This document shows, in pieces, positions 54,274 through 61,851 of a stretch of DNA of 61,851 nucleotides. Origin of the DNA: Oscillospiraceae bacterium. Lineage in GTDB: Bacteria; Bacillota; Clostridia; Oscillospirales; CAG-272. The number at the start of each line of letters is the position of its first letter. Position 1 is the first letter of the stretch. The position numbers and the translations under genes were made by a program. Location of the stretch: positions 1 to 61,851 of the forward strand of contig SVTA01000001.1 in NCBI GenBank assembly GCA_015064005.1, written 5' to 3'. The notes under the pieces are model-generated. The model was given only the letters and a program-made list of their open reading frames with translations, ran no database searches and had not been told where the DNA came from.

Positions 54274-55233
54274 TTAATCTCTTCTCTGGTAGAACACGTA
54301 CGCGGAGAACATCGCTGCTACCAGACCAACAACCAGCAATACAACCATAAAGTACATCCAACCCATTGCGGCACTGATGTGCTTTGCGCCATCCACCGCG
54401 TCGGTGTACATCTTGGTGATAACGCCCATAACCGTATTGGAATCCGTTGTGAAGGAGTCAATGATGGTATAAACGGCGTTTACCAGGATCATCGGGCTTA
54501 CCATGGGGAAGGTGATCTTCCAGAAGGTCTCCCAAGAGGTTGCACCGTCGATCTGGCAGGACTCGTAAATCGCGGGAGATACGGACTGCAGACCGGCAAG
54601 GAAGATCAGGATCTGTACGCCGGAACGGTTGATGATGCTGGAAATGCTGGCAACGGCGCCTGCGATGTATTCTACAAGGCCCACACCGAAGCCGAGGTTG
54701 GAGAAGATGTTTGCCAGCAGCTGCTCCAAAGCCATGGTAGACTCCAGCTTTTCTGTGGCGTTTTCCTCCATACCCAAGTCCACGCTGCCGCTGGAGTTAT
54801 TGAAGGAAGTGGTCATGATGGACTCCATCATACCGGTGGAAATCACTACAGGCAGGAAGAAGATGGCACGGAACGCGGCGCGTCCCACCATTTTCTGATT
54901 CAGAATCACAGCGATAAACAGGGAGAAGAGCAGGATCGCGGGAATGTCAAATACCATCTCCTGCAGACCGGTGATCAGCGTCTGGGTAAAGTCCGCCGAG
55001 CCAAAGAGCGCCTCGGAGTAGTTGTGCCATCCCACGAACTCCTTGAGAACTACACCATCTTGGATGGTGTAGTTACAGAAGCTGTAGAGAATGGATTCGT
55101 AAATGATCGGAATGTAGATCAAAACGAGACCTACAATAAAGGGCATAACGAACAGCCAGCCGGCACGCGCCTTGGCGCGGTCAAGAGAGGCTATCTTTTT
55201 CTTTTTTACAGGTGCTTTTACTTCGTTTGTCAT
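54274..55233 (-). CDS. carbohydrate ABC transporter permease (MalF/LplB-like)
   Basis: ESCQIDGATSWETFWKITFPMVSP EAA loop. Confidence 0.85.
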   Translation of the reverse strand: MTNEVKAPVKKKKIASLDRAKARAGWLFVMPFIVGLVLIYIPIIYESILYSFCNYTIQDGVVLKEFVGWHNYSEALFGSADFTQTLITGLQEMVFDIPAILLFSLFIAVILNQKMVGRAAFRAIFFLPVVISTGMMESIMTTSFNNSSGSVDLGMEENATEKLESTMALEQLLANIFSNLGFGVGLVEYIAGAVASISSIINRSGVQILIFLAGLQSVSPAIYESCQIDGATSWETFWKITFPMVSPMILVNAVYTIIDSFTTDSNTVMGVITKMYTDAVDGAKHISAAMGWMYFMVVLLVVGLVAAMFSAYVFYQRRD

Positions 55234-55254
55234 AGCAAGTTAACCTCTCCTTTC

Positions 55255-58200
55255 TTAGTTATGCATCAGAATGATGTACTCGTAGCCGCCGACGGTGTAG
55301 GTCACACCGTTCACGGTCACCTGAACAGCGTAATCGTTGAAGTTGAGGATCAAAGACTTGTAGGGAGTGTTCATATCCTCGCCGTAGGTTACCAGAACCA
55401 CACTGCTATCAATGGTATACTTGGAGCCACTGGTAGAAGCATTACCGATAATCACGCCGTTGTTGGGCTTCACGGCAGTATCGATCTTGTTGCTGGTGCT
55501 ATCCTTCAGCGCCTTAGCCAGTGCCTTCAGATCAATGTTCTTCACACTCTTCTTCAGGAGCGCGGTGTACGCGTCAAAGATAGCGTTTACAGAACCGTTT
55601 TCGAAAGCAAAGTCACCGAAGAGGAATGCATCCAGATCAGCCTCGCTTACGGTAACGAGAGTTTCCTCGTACACAGTAAGGGCACGCAGGTCGGCGGCGG
55701 TGATCAGAGTGCTGTCGTCAATGAACTGTGCCTTGGCGGCATCCAGGTTCTGATAGGTTCTGTTCACACCGTGGTAAGCCTGCAGAATGCTGAAATAGTT
55801 ATCGATCAGGGTGCTCAGCTGGTCGCGTGCGGTAGCCAGAACGTCCTCATCCGTATCGGCACCCAAAAGATTGTTGTAGTTACCCTTCGCAACACTGATC
55901 AGCTTCTCTGCATCACTGAAGAGGTTTTCCAGCTTGGCATAGGGCTCTGCAACGCATGCAGACAGCAGCTTGGTAAAGGATACAACGGTAGCAGCAGAGA
56001 GCTTGCCATCGTTGGCTGCGGCCTCAGCTACGGCTGCCTTCCAAGCAGTGATCAGCTCGGTGTCAGCGCCTGCAATAGCAAAGCGCTGTGCATTGAGTGC
56101 CGCATACATCTGCGTGAAGCTGGTGGCAAAGGTGCTCATCTTCAGGGAAGCCTGAGCGATGGCAGCGGTTGCGTTCTTTTCACGCTGGATCTTGTTCTCA
56201 ATGGCAGCCTGCTGCTTGTTGGCCTCATCAATGATGTCCTGCAGCAGCTCATCCTGGTCGGGAACACGGGTTGCATCAAGGAACTCGTGGTCGATGATCA
56301 GCTTGGTCTGTACGTCGTACAGCACAGCGTTCAGCTCCTGGTAGATCTCAACCAGACGCTTCTGCCAGATGTCGTAGCGCACGGAGTAGTTCTGAGAAAG
56401 GAGCACGTCCTCCTTCAGAAGCTCAGTGTTGGCGTAGGAAAGAATGAAGTAGATGCCTGCACCATTCTCCATCGCCTTCAGCATAGCGTACTTCAGGTTA
56501 CCCTCCATGTTGAGAGGAGAACCGGCAAACTGTACGTAGCCGTGGAGCACCACGCCCATAAAGGGAACGGAGTAAAGCTCGTTGGTGTAACGGCTGGAAT
56601 CCAGCGGCACGCGCAGGATGTGGTCTACGTAAGCCCAGGTGAAGGCGTTACCGCCGTCAACCATCACGTCGTAGTTCTTATCCTGGAAATACTGCAGAGC
56701 CTCAATGGTGTAGGTCTTGGCCTCCTCACGGAGCGTGGTCTTATCCTCGTCAAAGTCAGAGTTCAGCGCGCTACCAAAGGTAGAAAGAGAGATGCCGGTT
56801 GCACCGTACTTGCTGTATCTGGACTCCAGCTTCTCGTAGAAGTGGCTGAACATAGCGGGAGACATAACCATCTGGAAATAGCTTACCAGCGACTGCTGAG
56901 TAGCGGAGTAAACACGCTTGGAGGTGTAGCGGTTATCAATGGTACGGGCAGCATGCTTCTTCATGCTGACCTTACTACCGGCATCAGAGCTCTTGGTGTA
57001 CACGAAATCGAAATCGGGGTACACGCCAAAGCCAAGCTCGTCGGCCTGCTTCAGCAGCTCCTTGAATCCGCCCTTACCGCCTACGGACTTCTCCCACTTC
57101 AGCTTATAAGGCACGTCGGAGTAAAGACCGCCGTTGGCGTAGCCGGAAAGCTTAAAGTTCACGTTCTTTACGCCCTCACCGGCCAGGTAATCATACATGG
57201 TCTTGAGATCCTCAAAGGAGGTCAATGCCACGGAAACCGTAACGGGAATGGACATCACCTTCTCGATGGTATCCACACAGCCGAAGGTCTCGATGTAAAG
57301 CGGGATGGAATCCTCCACATTCGCATCCGTCAAGCGGTTGAAGCCCTCGTTAGCGGCATCCAGATAGTCACGGTAGGCACAAGCCATACCCATCCAGGAG
57401 CACTCGTAGTAGCTCGGCAGATTGGCCGCCTCAGCCTTGGCATCATCGGTCAGAATGATGTACCGCAGACGGTAGTCCTCGGTAAAGCGACGGGCAGCAT
57501 AGACCTGCCAGCCGGACTTGGAGGTATCGAACTGACGGGTGGAGAAGGAGGGGATGATGGTGGAGTACTGCATCGTGCCGTGAGAGGGCGCGATGGAGGC
57601 AATGCTTTCACCTTCCTCGATGATGGCGAGATAGCCACTGGAAACGGTTTTGCCGCTCTGCGTTACGCTGCTGACCTGGCCGTAAACGGGCATACGCATC
57701 GTCTCGTTGTGCAGGCCGGAAACCTTGCTGAGAAGCGCATAGTCCTCGCCGTATACGCGGCTGCTCAGGCTGACATTGGTGTTCAGCGCATAAAGCGTAC
57801 CGGATCCGTCGGGAATAAAGGAATAACCGGAATAGGAGACGTTGGCATCATCTACCTTGGGGTTACCCTTGTAGCTCGCACCCATAAAGGGCAGGATGGA
57901 GATCTCGGTTACACGGTAGGTGGTCTCGTCGTAGCGCAGGCCGTTTGCGGGCAGGCTCACGGAAAGACCGTTGGCGTCAATGGTGTACTCCAGAGCAAGA
58001 CGGAATACGGGAGGAGATACTGCCTCTTCCTCAAATTCCACCAGCTCATAGTCGTTATCCATTTCCTCGAAGGTGTAATCAGGGCAATAAGCCAGAATGT
58101 AGGACTCCAGCTGGCGAAGCTGCTTGGTGGAGATGTTGGTCTCGTTCATAACGTAGATGTTGATGTCCTTCTTCTCACACACAGGATAAGCCAGCGCAAT

Positions 58201-58917
58201 GGCCTCCTTCTTCGCCTCGTTGGTCTCGTCTACGTATCTCTTGAGGGAGTAGTAGGCGTTGAACACCAGGTAGTCACGGTTGCCGGCGCCACCGGGCATA
58301 TTCTCTCTCATGGGCGCCAGGATCTTCTCCTCAAAGGCGCTCTGCTCAATACGCATGGGAACCAGCGTACGGGCGGAGGGATTACCCATGGCATACTCGA
58401 CGCGCACACCGTTCTTGATGGCACGTACGGACATCTGACCCTTCAGAACAGCGTCCGCATAGCTGGTCAGCGTTTTGGAAACGTTCTGGCTATCAATGTA
58501 GGTCAGATTAACCTGGGACATGAAATTGTTCAGAACGGTTTCAACGTTACTGATCTCCTTGCGCAGGTCCCAGGGATTGGTGAAGAGAGTCTCGCCGGTG
58601 GCGAGCTTTCTGTAGGCAACGACGCCCAGATCCACGTCACAGTACAGAGCGTACTGGCCGTCGTTGTAAAACTCGGTCATATACTTGAGACGGTTCTCAA
58701 CAGAGCCGTAGTCCAGCTTTGCATAGTTGAAATCCTTATCGGTGGTCTCCAGCACGCCGGAGCCGCCAAAGCTCTCCTCAACGTTTTCGTTGCCGGAGCC
58801 ATCTCCATTGGAGTTGTCCTCGGCAGCGCCAACGGTCAGAGCAGGAACCAAACACAGCAGCATCAGCACAGACAGGAACCCGCAGAGCAACCGCGTCAGC
58901 AGTTTATTATTTCTCAT
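55255..58917 (-). CDS. 1220-aa secreted protein, DUF5696-like (possible glycoside-hydrolase-type barrel plus long helical C-terminal region)
   Basis: Signal peptide. The central IPLYIETFGC...NVNFKLSGYANGG...YPDFDF segment looks TIM-barrel-like. The family name is from memory and needs an HMM check. Confidence 0.6.
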   Translation of the reverse strand: MRNNKLLTRLLCGFLSVLMLLCLVPALTVGAAEDNSNGDGSGNENVEESFGGSGVLETTDKDFNYAKLDYGSVENRLKYMTEFYNDGQYALYCDVDLGVVAYRKLATGETLFTNPWDLRKEISNVETVLNNFMSQVNLTYIDSQNVSKTLTSYADAVLKGQMSVRAIKNGVRVEYAMGNPSARTLVPMRIEQSAFEEKILAPMRENMPGGAGNRDYLVFNAYYSLKRYVDETNEAKKEAIALAYPVCEKKDINIYVMNETNISTKQLRQLESYILAYCPDYTFEEMDNDYELVEFEEEAVSPPVFRLALEYTIDANGLSVSLPANGLRYDETTYRVTEISILPFMGASYKGNPKVDDANVSYSGYSFIPDGSGTLYALNTNVSLSSRVYGEDYALLSKVSGLHNETMRMPVYGQVSSVTQSGKTVSSGYLAIIEEGESIASIAPSHGTMQYSTIIPSFSTRQFDTSKSGWQVYAARRFTEDYRLRYIILTDDAKAEAANLPSYYECSWMGMACAYRDYLDAANEGFNRLTDANVEDSIPLYIETFGCVDTIEKVMSIPVTVSVALTSFEDLKTMYDYLAGEGVKNVNFKLSGYANGGLYSDVPYKLKWEKSVGGKGGFKELLKQADELGFGVYPDFDFVYTKSSDAGSKVSMKKHAARTIDNRYTSKRVYSATQQSLVSYFQMVMSPAMFSHFYEKLESRYSKYGATGISLSTFGSALNSDFDEDKTTLREEAKTYTIEALQYFQDKNYDVMVDGGNAFTWAYVDHILRVPLDSSRYTNELYSVPFMGVVLHGYVQFAGSPLNMEGNLKYAMLKAMENGAGIYFILSYANTELLKEDVLLSQNYSVRYDIWQKRLVEIYQELNAVLYDVQTKLIIDHEFLDATRVPDQDELLQDIIDEANKQQAAIENKIQREKNATAAIAQASLKMSTFATSFTQMYAALNAQRFAIAGADTELITAWKAAVAEAAANDGKLSAATVVSFTKLLSACVAEPYAKLENLFSDAEKLISVAKGNYNNLLGADTDEDVLATARDQLSTLIDNYFSILQAYHGVNRTYQNLDAAKAQFIDDSTLITAADLRALTVYEETLVTVSEADLDAFLFGDFAFENGSVNAIFDAYTALLKKSVKNIDLKALAKALKDSTSNKIDTAVKPNNGVIIGNASTSGSKYTIDSSVVLVTYGEDMNTPYKSLILNFNDYAVQVTVNGVTYTVGGYEYIILMHN

Positions 58918-58937
58918 TATTTAACTCCTTTCCGTGC

Positions 58938-61130
58938 TTACAATCGATAGTTGATCTCAGAAATGATGCTGGTCGCGAAGCTGACCATATCCATTACAAG
59001 CGAAGTGAAGAGAATTGCAAGGAACATGATGAACGCCATACCAAGAATGGTACCAATGGTGGTCAGGATGTTCTTACCCATAGAGTAGTCGTGGGTAACC
59101 ATCGTGCCGAAGAAGATCAGGAATCCGGCCCAAATAAAGCCAAGCACGATGATCAGATTCAGAATGTCGGTTTCCTCAGATACCACAAAGTTGGAGAACA
59201 GCGTTACGGGAACGGTGGTCAGCACGATGGGCAGGAGAGAGTAACCAAGGCATACGAACACGTCGCGGAACTTGCCCTCACCCTCAAACAGGGTGGTCAG
59301 ACACCAGTTGGCGATCGCAAAGAGGAGCACGGGAACTGCCACGACCAGCACCTGCATAAAGATGGTGGAGTAGCCGCCCTGAGGATTCATCACGTAGCCG
59401 ATACCGATGCTGCGGTAGAAGAGTGCTACCACGGTCAGCACCATGAATACCAGCGCCGCCTTGACGGAGCCTCGTTTTTCGTGCTTCAGATCCCAGAAGC
59501 CGTCAATGGGATGGAACATGACGTGGAAGACGAAGTACAGCTCATCCTTGAAGGAGCCGCGCTTGCCGGAAACGGCCACGGCCTTGTTGATCTTGCCGGC
59601 ATGCTGCATAAACTTCACAACAGCAAAGCACACCGCAAAGATCGCCAAAGGAATCAACAGGAAGAACCTGGACATCCACTCTTTACGCATCTCCTTGTAG
59701 GCGACGGAGTAGTTGACAGTATCGTAAGCGGCACGGTAGTAATCCAGCGCCTCCTCGTACTTGCCGCTGCGGAACAGCGCCTGGCCGATACCAACGTATG
59801 CGGCGTCGTAGTTGGAGTTACGCATCAGGATCTCTTTCCAGTCGTCGATGGCCTTGTCGTACTCACGCACGTTCTGATGATGCAGTGCCAGTGCCAGTGC
59901 GTCACCGTACTCGGTGCGCTTGAATACGGTCACACGCTGATTCGTGGAGCCGTCCAGCACCAGGAGATTGTCTCCCTGATAGCAGATAGCGCGGATCACA
60001 GACATGTTACCCAGCTGAGAACCGGCGTCACCGAACACGAAGAGCAGGTTACCATCGTAGTCGTAGGTGTAGATCTTGTTACGGTTGTAGTCCACGATAG
60101 ACCAAGTGTTTTCGGGACCGCAGGCTACGTCAACCACACGGGAAACACCGGTACGGGTGGGATCGTACATATTGGCAAAGTCGATCTCGCCCGCGGGAGG
60201 CCAGAAGCCGTTACGGCGCATGATCTCGTGGCCGGCGGGGTTTAGGAGCTTACAGGGCGCGTACACACCGGAGGTAGATTTGCCGGTAATGGCAGCCTGC
60301 ATGCTGTCCTTCAGATCCTCGGCATAGATGGTCGCGTAAATGAAGCCGTCTGCCGTAATGTCAATATTGTTGTAAGGGTAGGAAATGACATCGCTGGACT
60401 GTCTGCGCTGCTCCGCGGTCTGGAAACGCTTCCAGATCTGATCCCAAACGGAGGTAACGGACTGCTGCGCACCGATAAAGCTGGTAAACTCGCCCTGGTC
60501 GGTCATAACAATGATACCCTCACTGGTCTCGGAGGAGACCACGTAAAGTCTGTCGTAGGAGTCAACGGCTATGGCCACGGGCCAGTACACCGCATTCTCG
60601 GAGAACAGATCGGACTCCGGCGCCTCGATGATGGAATCGAAGGAGCCGTCCAGATTGAAGGTAACGATACGGGAGGCCTCGGTATCGCACACGAAGATAC
60701 GACCCTTGTAGCGCAGCTCGTTGCCCTCGTAACGGTTCTCGGTAACGAACACGCCCTGAGGCTTGGAGAAGAAATCCGCGATCTTCTGATCGTTGAGGAA
60801 GTCCTTGATGATGAAGCGAATGCGGTAGTAGCGGTCAAGGCATACGATGCGGTTGTTTTCGGTATCCGCGATGTATACGTTGCCGGCCTTGTCCACCACC
60901 ATATCGCTGGCGCCGTTGAGAGCGATGTTCTCTGCGGCGTTGGTGCTGTCCATCAGACCCATGTTAGTGGAGGTGATAGCCTTCTCTGCCGTATAAGCGT
61001 CAGGCGAGTAAAGAGGCGCACCGCTGATGGAGTAGGTGTAGGTCTGATAAGCGCTTGCGGCTCCAACCGGAAGGGAGACTACCGTCAGGAGGGCAAACAG
61101 AATACAGAAAACAGATATAAACTTTTTCAT
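58938..61130 (-). CDS. secreted NHL-repeat beta-propeller / TPR / C-terminal Yip1-type multi-pass membrane domain fusion
   Basis: ATG 61130 follows AAAGGAGG; signal peptide. NHL-like blades (GNVYIADTENNRIVCLD, RIFVCDTEASRIVTFN, RLYVVSSE..., NKIYTYDYDGNLLFVFG). TPR (YDAAYVGIGQALFRSGKYEEALDYYRAAY). Five or more C-terminal TM helices with FHPIDGFWDLK as in Yip1/DUF1282. Confidence 0.7.
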   Translation of the reverse strand: MKKFISVFCILFALLTVVSLPVGAASAYQTYTYSISGAPLYSPDAYTAEKAITSTNMGLMDSTNAAENIALNGASDMVVDKAGNVYIADTENNRIVCLDRYYRIRFIIKDFLNDQKIADFFSKPQGVFVTENRYEGNELRYKGRIFVCDTEASRIVTFNLDGSFDSIIEAPESDLFSENAVYWPVAIAVDSYDRLYVVSSETSEGIIVMTDQGEFTSFIGAQQSVTSVWDQIWKRFQTAEQRRQSSDVISYPYNNIDITADGFIYATIYAEDLKDSMQAAITGKSTSGVYAPCKLLNPAGHEIMRRNGFWPPAGEIDFANMYDPTRTGVSRVVDVACGPENTWSIVDYNRNKIYTYDYDGNLLFVFGDAGSQLGNMSVIRAICYQGDNLLVLDGSTNQRVTVFKRTEYGDALALALHHQNVREYDKAIDDWKEILMRNSNYDAAYVGIGQALFRSGKYEEALDYYRAAYDTVNYSVAYKEMRKEWMSRFFLLIPLAIFAVCFAVVKFMQHAGKINKAVAVSGKRGSFKDELYFVFHVMFHPIDGFWDLKHEKRGSVKAALVFMVLTVVALFYRSIGIGYVMNPQGGYSTIFMQVLVVAVPVLLFAIANWCLTTLFEGEGKFRDVFVCLGYSLLPIVLTTVPVTLFSNFVVSEETDILNLIIVLGFIWAGFLIFFGTMVTHDYSMGKNILTTIGTILGMAFIMFLAILFTSLVMDMVSFATSIISEINYRL

Positions 61131-61147
61131 TGCTTTTCCTCCTTTGA

Positions 61148-61851
61148 TTAGTCTTTCATACCGGAAGAGCCCATGGTCTCGATGATGTTGGACTGGGAGA
61201 TCACGAATACGATGATCGGCACAGCCATCATAATTACCATGGATGCGGCGTGAGCGCCGGCACGCTTGATACCACCTGCCATGATCTGACCGATGGCGTA
61301 GTTGAAGGATTTGAGCTGCTCGGAGTGAATGTAGATGGAAGAGCCGCGGTTCCACAGATCCTGGAAGGAGTAGATGATCAGCGTCAGCCATGCAGGCTTA
61401 ACCATGGGCATTGCGATCACCCAGAAGGTACGAAGCTCACTGGCACCGTCAAGACGGGCGGACTCCAGAACGGCGTCAGACACGTTGGTCTCCATGAACT
61501 GCTTCATCAGGTACAGACCAAGGGAGGTTGCCCAGGCGGGTACGATGATGGCGAAGTACGTATCGATCAGACCGAAGGTACTCATCAGCAGGAAGGAGGT
61601 AACGGCGGTAACCGTGGAGTGGAACATCAGAGAGGTACGAACCGTCTTGAACATCGTTTTACCGCCGGGGAACTTGATCTTTGCCATTGCGTAAGCCGCA
61701 AGAGAGGAGAAGAACAGGTTACCAACGGTACCAACGATGGAGGTAAATACCGTGTTAAAGATGTAACGGGAGAAGGGCACCCACGAGGTGGTCATCAGCA
61801 TGAACAGATCGCGGTAGTTTTTTAATGTAGGGTTCCGCACGAAGAAGCGGG
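61148..61851 (-). CDS. carbohydrate ABC transporter permease (MalG-like), 5' end probably outside window
   Basis: ESARLDGASELRTFWVIAMPMVKP EAA loop. The frame stays open to the window edge upstream of the GTG at 61840. Confidence 0.8.
   Translation of the reverse strand, partial: RFFVRNPTLKNYRDLFMLMTTSWVPFSRYIFNTVFTSIVGTVGNLFFSSLAAYAMAKIKFPGGKTMFKTVRTSLMFHSTVTAVTSFLLMSTFGLIDTYFAIIVPAWATSLGLYLMKQFMETNVSDAVLESARLDGASELRTFWVIAMPMVKPAWLTLIIYSFQDLWNRGSSIYIHSEQLKSFNYAIGQIMAGGIKRAGAHAASMVIMMAVPIIVFVISQSNIIETMGSSGMKD

Noticed and set aside
53674-58950. 1758-aa plus-strand ORF spanning three minus-strand genes
   Set aside because: The ORF is codon-for-codon antisense to the two permeases and the DUF5696-like gene; all four share the same phase modulo 3. 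Antisense stops in that phase arise only from sense TTA, CTA or TCA codons, which this GC-rich genome almost never uses. The predicted protein is low-complexity (G/V/H/L/Q-rich) with no motifs, while the minus-strand genes have clear signals.

Overview
61.9-kb GC-rich chromosomal segment. Gene content and signal style point to a Firmicutes/Clostridia (Oscillospiraceae-like) genome: an IspH-S1 fusion, T-box leaders on thrS and tyrS, a Prp-type protease, sigma-A TTGACA-N17-TATAAT promoters and GGAGG ribosome-binding sites. This assignment is an inference. All family calls come from motif recognition by eye; no searches were run.

Housekeeping backbone: gpmI (3' end), a TetR-ABC2 efflux operon, thrS, mgsA, ispH-rpsA, plsC, cmk, an M14 peptidase, a flavoprotein, an RpiR regulator, acyltransferases, a CydDC-like ABC exporter pair, tyrS, prfB, serA, serC and glpK.

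Four accessory blocks interrupt the backbone:
1. 18.4-23.2 kb: an operon of four tandem, translationally coupled creatininase-fold paralogs plus a GNAT-like acyltransferase. The gene junctions are about 187-bp near-identical repeats.
2. 27.1-36.1 kb: an Opp/Dpp-type importer bracketed by two lipoproteins that share lipocalin-like modules, with an unknown cytoplasmic protein in the same operon.
3. 43.0-51.6 kb: a compact, intact-looking phage-derived module carrying only packaging and head genes (TerS-like, TerL, portal, Prp-like protease, scaffold, N4-gp56-type capsid, two small proteins). It sits next to an XRE/ImmA-like switch with three operator repeats. No tail, lysin, integrase or replication genes are present, and the module is welded by an ATGA overlap to glpK.
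4. 53.1-61.9 kb: a sugar-ABC operon in which a 1220-aa secreted DUF5696-like protein and an NHL-propeller/TPR/Yip1 membrane fusion sit between permease genes.

I rank blocks 3 and 1 as the best candidates for something undescribed. A motif-plus-hairpin array lies in a 3'-3' intergenic gap at 16.6-16.8 kb and is also unexplained.

I recognised no rRNA, tRNA, CRISPR array, IS element or transposase. Many long ORFs in the track are antisense codon-bias artefacts.
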